Part shown: one piece after another, positions 8,863-16,639 of the stretch
Position numbering within the stretch: position 1 is the stretch's first letter
How the letters are laid out: every line of letters begins with the position of its first letter
Assembly (NCBI GenBank): GCA_903870315.1
Contig: CAIQCJ010000002.1
Span: 4,820 to 68,819 of the forward strand
Direction of reading: 5' to 3'
Origin: an uncultured bacterium
Lineage (GTDB): Bacteria; Patescibacteriota; Minisyncoccia; Phycocordibacterales; PALSA-1337
Length of the DNA: 64,000 nucleotides
Position numbers and translations under genes: made by a program
Notes under the pieces: generated by a model
The model's database searches: none
Told to the model about the DNA's origin: nothing
The model's input: only the letters and a program-made list of their open reading frames with translations

Positions 8863-10293
8863 ATGCTTCAAATTAAACGAAACACAAGTACGGATATAAG
8901 CGCAGGAGTTCAGTGGAAAACTGTTCAGATCACTGAGGTGCTGACTAAAGAAGTGAGTAAGTTGCAATTCACGATTTATAAAACACCGGCGACCACATCA
9001 ATGATTCCGGTTGTTGGTGATCAGATTGATGTGTACGAAAATAGTGTTCATATTTTTGGTGGCACATGCACGAATGTCGAGATTACTATCCAAGGCGGAG
9101 TGCTACTTGCGTATCAGATATCTTGTGTTGATTGGAGCTACAAACTAAACAGCATACTTGTGACGAAAACATACTCCGCAATGGATCCGGCCGACATTGT
9201 CGCGGATATTGTCGCAAACTTTGTACCGGCAAGTCTGGGATTTACTCAAGCTCACGTGGTTCGTGGAGGTTTCCAAGTTGCATCAATTAAATTCAAGTAT
9301 GAGCAGGTAACTCAAGCATTGGAAAAGTTAGCAAAACAAATTGGATGGGAATGGTACGTTGATCCATCAAAAGATATTCATTTCTTCCTCGTGCAAAATA
9401 ATCCTGCGCCTTTCAACATCGATGAGACTTCAGGAAAGATTGAATGGCCGTCGCTTGATGTTCAGGTGGATCTCACCAATATGAAAAATAGTGTCTACGT
9501 CGTCGGCGGAAATTATCTAAAAACATTTACTGCGTTAACTGCCGTTGATGTTTATCAGACAGACGGAGTAAAAACGGTGTTTGGTTTGGCTTATGCCTAT
9601 GACCAGACAGGCTTCACAGTAACCCTAGACGGAACAACTCAAACAGTCGGAATTGATCAGCAAACTGATCCAACTACAGTGCAATGGCTCTATAGTGCAT
9701 CGGGCAGATTTGTCCGATCAACAAGTACTGTAGCAACTGGTCATACACTAAAAATATTTGGTAATGCACAGATTCCTATTCTTGCCCATGCTCAAAACTC
9801 TTCAGCAATTGCACAATACGGAGAAAATCAGGATTCAGTCATCGACAGGCAGATACGATCGGTAGCGGAAGCTCAGCAACGAGCGCTCGCTGAGATTCTT
9901 CAGTTCGGACATCCAGTCTATGACGTTAAATTCAAAACAATTCAAACGGGGCTTGTGATCGGGCAGACGATACTGCTAAACAGCTCAAAGCTAGGCATTA
10001 CAAATTATCCGCTTGTGATCAAGCGAATCGAAGGAACCGGATACAGTCCAAGCCAGTTCGAATACCAAGTCGAAGCGCTAGGATCCGACAACGTAACATT
10101 TGTCGACATTATGAGCAGACTTCTTACTCAAGAAAATAACAACACCGATACTTCAGACAACTCAGTAATTGAAGGACTTCTGGCTTTTGCTGAAGGCTTC
10201 ACGTTCTCCGATGCTCTGACAGCCACGCCAACAACAGGTCCATATAAATGGGGTCAATCTAATACAAAGTGGGGCTTCTTTACTTGGGCATAA
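8863..10293 (+). CDS. Phage distal tail / baseplate-like protein
   Basis: 476 aa ORF immediately after TMP (1-nt spacing). Position-based call. Confidence 0.4.
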   Translation: MLQIKRNTSTDISAGVQWKTVQITEVLTKEVSKLQFTIYKTPATTSMIPVVGDQIDVYENSVHIFGGTCTNVEITIQGGVLLAYQISCVDWSYKLNSILVTKTYSAMDPADIVADIVANFVPASLGFTQAHVVRGGFQVASIKFKYEQVTQALEKLAKQIGWEWYVDPSKDIHFFLVQNNPAPFNIDETSGKIEWPSLDVQVDLTNMKNSVYVVGGNYLKTFTALTAVDVYQTDGVKTVFGLAYAYDQTGFTVTLDGTTQTVGIDQQTDPTTVQWLYSASGRFVRSTSTVATGHTLKIFGNAQIPILAHAQNSSAIAQYGENQDSVIDRQIRSVAEAQQRALAEILQFGHPVYDVKFKTIQTGLVIGQTILLNSSKLGITNYPLVIKRIEGTGYSPSQFEYQVEALGSDNVTFVDIMSRLLTQENNNTDTSDNSVIEGLLAFAEGFTFSDALTATPTTGPYKWGQSNTKWGFFTWA

Positions 10294-10299
10294 AACATT

Positions 10300-10818
10300 A
10301 TGAAAGAATTAATCAAAAAATTATTCGGAATAAAAGACAGTGCATCAATGCAGGGGATTATTAAAATCCGAGCATATAAAGCTGGCACTAAGGAATTGGT
10401 TCGGGAGATTGTGTGCAAAAACACTATCATGCAAGCAGCGAATATTGGCAAAGATTTGATCGTGCAGAAACTCATTGCAACAGCAACAGGAATTGATCCG
10501 TACACATTGCACATTACATATGGAGCTATTGGCACAAGTCAAACAGCACCAACAACAGCAGATACTCGACTTGGCGCGGAATCAGCTAGGGTCGCAATTA
10601 CATTCGGACAAGATAGCGGATACAACATCGCAGTCATGCAGTTTTTCTTTCCAGATTCTTCGCTAACAAACCAAACATACTATGAATTTGGAACTTTTGT
10701 TGACGGAACATCTACTCCAAATAGTGGACAGCTTTTCAATCATGCACTTTTCGGAGTGCCTTATTCCAAATCGGCCGGTATTGATACCACGATCGAGGTC
10801 GATATAACTCTTACTTAA
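10300..10818 (+). CDS. Phage tail protein (hypothetical)
   Basis: 172 aa ORF in tail module. No motif recognised. Confidence 0.3.
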   Translation: MKELIKKLFGIKDSASMQGIIKIRAYKAGTKELVREIVCKNTIMQAANIGKDLIVQKLIATATGIDPYTLHITYGAIGTSQTAPTTADTRLGAESARVAITFGQDSGYNIAVMQFFFPDSSLTNQTYYEFGTFVDGTSTPNSGQLFNHALFGVPYSKSAGIDTTIEVDITLT

Positions 10819-10823
10819 AAAAT

Positions 10824-11816
10824 ATGATATCAACAGGACAACAAGCACTCGCATCCGACTTCATCGCTACTTCCGCAGGCGCGGGAAGCAGTGGTCAGGT
10901 TCCGAAATGCAATTCACTCGGAAAGATAGATAACTCTTTTCTTCCAATTAAATTCGGCGGTACCGGAGCGGATGGTGTGCTTTCAATCACATCGGGTACG
11001 ACAACAATAAGCGCCGGAAGTGCAAGTGTTCTTGTTAAAAATTACACATCCATATCGATCACAGGAACTGGAAAACTCGCATTTTCAAATCCCGGATCAA
11101 ATGGAACTTTAATATTTCTAAAATCGCAAGGAAACGTAACACTCACGTCATCAACCGCTCCAATGATTGATGCCTCTAATATGGGAGGTCCGGCAGGAAC
11201 GGCTGGATATTATGGCGATGGAACTAGCCCAACACAAGGAGCGGGCGGAAACTTTTATAGCGGTGGATCATGGGGACAAGGCGGTGGTGGTGGAGGTGGA
11301 GGTGGCGCACTTTCAGGTGGTGGCACTGGTTACTACAGTGGAAGTGTGCCTGCTGCCGGTGGAGGAACGACTGGTCTGAAAAGTATTCTCGCATCTTACG
11401 CTTACGCAAAAGGGACGAAACTCGTGACAGGTGCAGGCGGTGGTACAGGAAACAACGGAGCAGGTTATGGTGCATCAGGTGGTGCAGGTGGAGTCGGAGG
11501 CGGATGTTTGGTAATTGAATGCGCCGGTTATTTAAATTTCACAACAGCAAACGGAATTTCTGCCGCAGGATCGAATGGTGGAAACGGAACATCAAGTGGT
11601 AATGGAAATGGATTCGATGGTGGTGGGGGTGGTGGAGGCGGAGGTGGAACTGTAATTCTTTTATACAACCTTCTTACAGCAAATTCAGGAACAGTAAATG
11701 TTAATGGCGGAAACGGCGGGAACGGAGGTACTGGCGGAACTGGAAGTCCTGCCGGTTCAGGTGGTGGCGGGGGTAGCGGCTTGTCATTAGTAGCTCAAAA
11801 TACAGAATTTACATAA
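10824..11816 (+). CDS. Glycine-rich tail fibre-like protein with poly-Gly tracts
   Basis: 330 aa, runs of 8-10 Gly (GGGGGGGGG) and GxG repeats. Last gene of the tail module. Confidence 0.4.
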   Translation: MISTGQQALASDFIATSAGAGSSGQVPKCNSLGKIDNSFLPIKFGGTGADGVLSITSGTTTISAGSASVLVKNYTSISITGTGKLAFSNPGSNGTLIFLKSQGNVTLTSSTAPMIDASNMGGPAGTAGYYGDGTSPTQGAGGNFYSGGSWGQGGGGGGGGGALSGGGTGYYSGSVPAAGGGTTGLKSILASYAYAKGTKLVTGAGGGTGNNGAGYGASGGAGGVGGGCLVIECAGYLNFTTANGISAAGSNGGNGTSSGNGNGFDGGGGGGGGGGTVILLYNLLTANSGTVNVNGGNGGNGGTGGTGSPAGSGGGGGSGLSLVAQNTEFT

Positions 11817-11824
11817 AAAATATT

Positions 11825-11998
11825 ATGCAAGAACAAGAACAAAAACCAAATATTATTCACGAATTGAAATGCGGTATATGTGGAAAAGTCTGCGGAACGA
11901 TTACGTTTCCGTCAGAATCTGAAGTGGATCTAGATGAGGTCTCTGCTGGCCACGAAACATTATGTGATGAACATTCACCAAAAAATCCCGATGAATGA
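11825..11998 (+). CDS. Small Cys-rich (CxxC ... CDEH) hypothetical protein, possible zinc ribbon
   Basis: ATG at 11825. MQEQEQKPNIIHELKCGICGKVCGTITFPSESEVDLDEVSAGHETLCDEHSPKNPDE. Below ORF-track length cut-off. Stop overlaps next start. Confidence 0.25.
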   Translation: MQEQEQKPNIIHELKCGICGKVCGTITFPSESEVDLDEVSAGHETLCDEHSPKNPDE

Positions 11999-12203
11999 AA
12001 ACCCTATTGAAAAAAGAATAGAGACTATTGAATCCGAAATAAAGCAGATCAAGGAAAATCACTTGGCACACATCAAGGAAATTTTGGCTGTGGTAAAAAC
12101 CAATCAGGAATGGATAATGCGATTTTTTTGGATTCTTACATCCGCTTCGGTCGCAGGACTAATTACTGGAATTATAAATTTATTAATCAAAACAAAAATA
12201 TGA
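11991..12203 (+). CDS. Putative holin-like small membrane protein (single C-terminal TM)
   Basis: MNENPIEKRIETIESEIKQIKENHL... then hydrophobic FFWILTSASVAGLITGIINLLI segment. Immediately upstream of, and overlapping, the endolysin gene. Confidence 0.3.
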   Translation: MNENPIEKRIETIESEIKQIKENHLAHIKEILAVVKTNQEWIMRFFWILTSASVAGLITGIINLLIKTKI

Positions 12204-13258
12204 ATGAACAATCAATTGCAACCGGAGCTTTAATATCTCCGCATGACTATAGGGACGGATATGCGTCAGCGGCAGTTGCAGAACAAATTTCTACACAAAT
12301 TAATCTGCCGGTATCTTACAAAACAATTCTCGCATCTCCGATGATGCAAGCGTTGGAGCCAGCATGCGTGTCGCACAGTGTTGTCGACAACCTAAAACTT
12401 TACTGGTTTAGAAAAACAGGGAAGTGGATTGACTTCTCTCCGAGATTTCTCGATATCCTCGCTAAAAGATTTGATGGTCAGGATCGTGCGACAGGCGGTA
12501 CGTATCCTCGTCTCGTATTCAAGCTCGCAGTTTTGTACGGATGTGCCACAACAGCGACACTACCGAACGACACATCGCTGTCAGTCTTGAATTATCGTGA
12601 TGATAGCAAGCTCACTCCTGAAGTATTCGCTGAAGCTAGTCAGTATAAGATTCCCGGCTACGTTTCTGTACCGCTCGATTTTCAAGGAACACGTCAATCA
12701 ATCTATTTATACGGAGCGATTTCGACACTCTTTCAAGTTGGTGATGAATTATGGACTCCATCATGGGCAGACAAGGACATTGACCCATTACGTCCGCCAA
12801 AAGTTATCCTTTCAGGGCATCAAATGTCGCCATTCGGATGGGAAGACAACGTGTACAACGATCTCCAAAATGAATGGAGCGATAAATGGGCAAATAAAGG
12901 ACAGGATCGCTATGATCCAAAAGCATGGTCGCCATACATCATCGAACAGTGGGCAGTCGCAGAAATTCCTCAAGATGTTCAGGACTTTTTGAAAGCTTTG
13001 CCCGCTCCAAATAATTTTCATTACAGTTGGCAAAGAGATCTTGCACTTGGCGACAATAACGATGATGTCAAATTCGCGCAGATCGCATTTATGATCCTAG
13101 GATTTCTCGCACCAATTCCTGCTAATGAGCTCGGCATCTTCGGTCCGAAAACTGCCGCAGCAAACGCTAAGTATCAGCAAGCACATAAGATCGCACCGGC
13201 ACCGAATCATATAGGTCCGCAAACGCGCGCGGCATTAAACGCACAATTTGCGATCTAG
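12200..13258 (+). CDS. Endolysin: N-terminal hydrolase domain (possibly Cys-peptidase-like) plus C-terminal peptidoglycan-binding domain (PG_binding_1-like)
   Basis: C-terminus DDVKFAQIAFMILGFLAPIPANELGIFGPKTAAANAKYQQAHKIAPAPNHIGPQTRAALN fits the G..V..lQ..L...G(x)FG..T..A...(Y/F)Q...G..G..T...L PG-binding pattern. Located between two holin-like genes. Confidence 0.5.
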   Translation: MNEQSIATGALISPHDYRDGYASAAVAEQISTQINLPVSYKTILASPMMQALEPACVSHSVVDNLKLYWFRKTGKWIDFSPRFLDILAKRFDGQDRATGGTYPRLVFKLAVLYGCATTATLPNDTSLSVLNYRDDSKLTPEVFAEASQYKIPGYVSVPLDFQGTRQSIYLYGAISTLFQVGDELWTPSWADKDIDPLRPPKVILSGHQMSPFGWEDNVYNDLQNEWSDKWANKGQDRYDPKAWSPYIIEQWAVAEIPQDVQDFLKALPAPNNFHYSWQRDLALGDNNDDVKFAQIAFMILGFLAPIPANELGIFGPKTAAANAKYQQAHKIAPAPNHIGPQTRAALNAQFAI

Positions 13259-13286
13259 GTCGAATTATTAATCAATAAAAAATATC

Positions 13287-13505
13287 ATGAATCCAACACT
13301 TAAAAGATATCTGATAAGCTCAGCCACAACGTTTGTAACAGCTTTTATCATTTCCGTCGGCGCACAACTTACAACGATGCAAATCACGCCAGAAACGCTC
13401 GGGTGGGGAATTGTTGCGTCTATCGGAGCAACAGCCTGCCGTGCGGCGATTAAAGCCCTAATTGAGGCTTTTTCAGGCACAACTGGTGATCCATTATTGG
13501 GTTAA
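13287..13505 (+). CDS. Small two-TM membrane protein (holin/antiholin-like)
   Basis: 72 aa, two hydrophobic segments (ATTFVTAFIISVGAQL; GWGIVASIGATACRAAI). Last gene of lysis cassette. Confidence 0.35.
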   Translation: MNPTLKRYLISSATTFVTAFIISVGAQLTTMQITPETLGWGIVASIGATACRAAIKALIEAFSGTTGDPLLG

Positions 13506-13550
13506 AATAGCCCATAAAATAAGGGTATTGTGATTAATTTGAGGATATAG

Positions 13551-13579
13551 TTGCTTTATGTGTTAAAAGCTGATAAAAT
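13551..13579 (+). promoter_or_regulatory. Sigma70-like promoter upstream of fic/defense cargo: TTGCTT-17-TGaTAAAAT
   Basis: -35 ttgctt (13551-13556), 17-nt spacer, extended -10 tga taaaat (13571-13579), about 30 nt upstream of the Fic start. Confidence 0.35.
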
Positions 13580-13608
13580 CTAGGTTGTTAGAAATTAACA
13601 GTAAAAAC

Positions 13609-14691
13609 ATGGAAGACAACAGCCGAAAATTTGATCACAGAATTAAAAATCCTGAGCCTCATATCGTCGCTTTTTTGGCAGCGATAGATGAAATTCGTGG
13701 AGCTTTTCGCGTTGGTCTTCGCATGACTCCTCAAGCGATCACCAATCTGCACAAATCCGTACTCGTGACATCAGCTGGTGCTTCTACACGTATTGAAGGT
13801 GCAAAACTTTCTGACGAAGAAGTAAAGAAAATCATGGAAGGATTCTCAATCCAAAAATTCTCCGATCGTGATTCACAGGAAGTGCAGGGCTATCTTGAAA
13901 CGCTCAAAAATGTTTTCGACAATTATAAAGACTTGCCATTGCGAGAAAGCATAATTACTTCGCTCCACAAAGAGCTTCTAAAATATTCAAACAAGGACGA
14001 CTTACATCGTGGAGAATACAAGCATAAGGAAAATCTAGTCGGCGTTCTCGATGCCAAAGGAAATGTGGCAAAGATCATGTTTGAAACAACCCCAGCATAT
14101 CTCACACAAAAAGAGATGACTGAGCTTGTTGAATGGACACAGGAAGCACTAGAGAAAGAACGCTTCCATCCACTTCTAGTGATCGCCAATTTCCTTATTG
14201 AATTCCTGAAAATACACCCATTTGAAGACGGAAATGGTCGTATTTCGCGTGTTCTCACGAACTTACTACTTCTTCGACAAGGCTATTCATTTGCACAATA
14301 CGTCTCGCATGAGCAGATCATAGAGCAACGCAAGGATCAATACTATCTTGCTCTCCGATCATCGCAGGCGACATTTAGAAGTCAAACCAAGCCGGAAGGA
14401 CAAGAAGAAACGATCACACCTTGGCTCAACTTCTTCTTTTCAGTTGTGAAAGAACAGGCAGACAAGTCAATCGTGCTTGTAGAAGAAGAAACACACGAAG
14501 ACATAATGTCTCCAAAGCAAAACGAAGTCTTGGAATATCTCTCAAAGGTAAAAGAAGCTGGTCCAGCCGAGATTGTCAGAGAAACTGGAATTATTATGCC
14601 ATCGGTTCGTAAATCACTTGAACGGCTTGTCGAGCTTGGCAAAGTAAAAAGAATTGGTCGAGGCAGAGCAACGAGGTACGTAAAAATATAA
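13609..14691 (+). CDS. Fic family protein (Fic/Doc AMPylation-type domain) with C-terminal winged-helix-like region
   Basis: Canonical Fic motif HPFEDGNGRISR. ORF-track start 13585 is TTG; ATG (MEDNSRKF) at 13609 chosen. Confidence 0.8.
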   Translation: MEDNSRKFDHRIKNPEPHIVAFLAAIDEIRGAFRVGLRMTPQAITNLHKSVLVTSAGASTRIEGAKLSDEEVKKIMEGFSIQKFSDRDSQEVQGYLETLKNVFDNYKDLPLRESIITSLHKELLKYSNKDDLHRGEYKHKENLVGVLDAKGNVAKIMFETTPAYLTQKEMTELVEWTQEALEKERFHPLLVIANFLIEFLKIHPFEDGNGRISRVLTNLLLLRQGYSFAQYVSHEQIIEQRKDQYYLALRSSQATFRSQTKPEGQEETITPWLNFFFSVVKEQADKSIVLVEEETHEDIMSPKQNEVLEYLSKVKEAGPAEIVRETGIIMPSVRKSLERLVELGKVKRIGRGRATRYVKI

Positions 14692-14695
14692 AATT

Positions 14696-16636
14696 ATGAA
14701 AAATAGTACAAAAAAAATTAATCTAACATCATCAAATCTCAGTGAAGAAAAGCTTTATGATCTGAAAAAAATATTGCCAGAAGTATTTAGTGAAAATAAA
14801 ATTGATTGGGACAAATTAAAAACTGTCCTTGGCGACAACATTGATCCTCGACTTGAAAAATTCGGGCTTTCTTGGGCTGGAAAAAATAATGCCATACGTA
14901 GCGTTATAGTTCCAAGCAGTTCGACACTTCGTCCAGACACAAAGGCAAGCGTAAATTTCAACGTGACAGAAAATCTATTCATTGAGGGTGATAACCTAGA
15001 AGTTTTGAAACTTTTACAAAAGGCGTATTTTGAAAAAGTAAAAGTTATATACGTAGATCCTCCATATAACACTGGATCAGATTTTGTTTATAAAGATGAT
15101 TTTAAATCTCCAATCAAGGCATACCTTGAGCAGACAGGCCAAGTAACCAATGATGGACAGAGGCTTCAAACAAACAAAGAGACGAACGGACGATATCATA
15201 GTGATTGGCTTTCAATGATGTATCCTCGACTTAAATTAGCGTGGAATCTCCTAAGAGAAGATGGAATAATTTTTGTAAGTATTGATGACAATGAGGTCAA
15301 TCATTTACGATTAATCATGGATGAAATATTTGGCGAGGAAAACTATTTGAATGCGTTTTGTTGGGTTAATAATCTAAAGGGTCGTCAAATATCTGGATCA
15401 GGAGCGGCGAAAACATATGAATATGTATTGGCATATGCTAAGAAAATTGAAAATGTTGGAATATTTGAGATGTCTGTTGAGAAATTAAAAGCTTTGATGC
15501 CTAGTAGTTACAAAGGATTTAATTATGAGACTGAAAATGACGAGGGTGGAGACTTTGTTGTAAAAAATGAACTTTATAATACAAACTCTGCTTTCAACGA
15601 AGAAACTCGTCCTAGTTTGGTTTACAATATTCACTATAATTTCAAAACAAAAGAGGTAAAGTTTTCTAGTATTAAAGAAGATGTTGATTTTGCCGGCTTT
15701 ACGAAAATTACACCAAAGAAAAACAACAATGGGAGACACAAATATCATGCTTGGAGATGGAGCAAAGACAAGGTTGCTAATGAATTAGCTGATTTAAAAT
15801 TTGTCGAAACAAAAGAGGGTGCAAAGATCTATACAAAGATCCGTGAATATACAAGCACTGCATTAAAAGACATAATCACTGATATTACAACAAGTAATGG
15901 AGCGAGCGATATTAAAGAATTATTTAATGGTGCAAAATACTTTGACTATCCAAAGCCTGTTGATTTACTAAAAGTATTTATCAGCCAAATGGGGACCGAG
16001 GGTATTGTTTTGGACTTCTTCGCGGGTTCTGGTACAACAGCCCATGCGGTGATGAGTCTTAATGCTGAAGATGGTGGAAGTAGAAAATTTGTCTTGGTTC
16101 AACTACCTGAAAGTACTAATAAAGAAAGCGAGGCGTATAAGGATGGATACAAAACTATAGCAGATATTGCCATAGAGCGTATTCGTCGCGCAGCAAAAAA
16201 ACTGTCAGACAAAACGGGTTTCAAGGTATTTAGACTGGGAGCTTCTAACTATCCAGAAAATAACTTTGAGTTTGATCCAGATAAAAGCGAGGATGAAAAT
16301 AAAAAAGCTTTTACATCCTATCTTGTAAAAGCAAAACAAAGTTCGCTATTTGATGATGAAAATGGTCTAGATGTTGTGTATGAAAATATTGTAAAAGAAG
16401 GTTTTTCGCTGAACTCTGTAATAGAGGAAAGAAAACTTGGCAAAAATAATCTTTACATCGTGAAGGACGGTGAACGCAAAATTCATATTTGTCTAGATAA
16501 AACAGTTGACAAAGATACGATCAAAGAACTCTCTGATCGCAATTACAAAGATTCAGTATTTATATGTATTGATAATGCTTTGGATGACACGGGGAAGGCG
16601 AACCTGGGTCTTAATCTAGAACTTAAAACTATTTAA
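14696..16636 (+). CDS. mod: Type III restriction-modification system methyltransferase (Mod, beta-class N6A/N4C MTase)
   Basis: Motif IV DPPY (KVIYVDPPYNTGSDF) precedes motif I FxGxG (VLDFFAGSGTTAHAV), i.e. beta-class order typical of Type III Mod. Immediately followed by res. Confidence 0.85.
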   Translation: MKNSTKKINLTSSNLSEEKLYDLKKILPEVFSENKIDWDKLKTVLGDNIDPRLEKFGLSWAGKNNAIRSVIVPSSSTLRPDTKASVNFNVTENLFIEGDNLEVLKLLQKAYFEKVKVIYVDPPYNTGSDFVYKDDFKSPIKAYLEQTGQVTNDGQRLQTNKETNGRYHSDWLSMMYPRLKLAWNLLREDGIIFVSIDDNEVNHLRLIMDEIFGEENYLNAFCWVNNLKGRQISGSGAAKTYEYVLAYAKKIENVGIFEMSVEKLKALMPSSYKGFNYETENDEGGDFVVKNELYNTNSAFNEETRPSLVYNIHYNFKTKEVKFSSIKEDVDFAGFTKITPKKNNNGRHKYHAWRWSKDKVANELADLKFVETKEGAKIYTKIREYTSTALKDIITDITTSNGASDIKELFNGAKYFDYPKPVDLLKVFISQMGTEGIVLDFFAGSGTTAHAVMSLNAEDGGSRKFVLVQLPESTNKESEAYKDGYKTIADIAIERIRRAAKKLSDKTGFKVFRLGASNYPENNFEFDPDKSEDENKKAFTSYLVKAKQSSLFDDENGLDVVYENIVKEGFSLNSVIEERKLGKNNLYIVKDGERKIHICLDKTVDKDTIKELSDRNYKDSVFICIDNALDDTGKANLGLNLELKTI

Positions 16637-16639
16637 TTT

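Noticed and set aside
11167-11518. ORFs 11167..11379 (+), 11224..11475 (-), 11270..11518 (+, W/R-rich WWWRWRWR) inside the glycine-rich gene
   Set aside because: Alternate-frame and antisense readings of GGN-repeat DNA. Composition is an artefact of the poly-Gly coding repeats.
12110-12199. Upstream in-frame extension of the endolysin ORF (start 12110)
   Set aside because: Would overlap the holin-like gene by 90 nt. ATG at 12200 gives a clean ATGA junction with the holin stop, so the shorter start was preferred.
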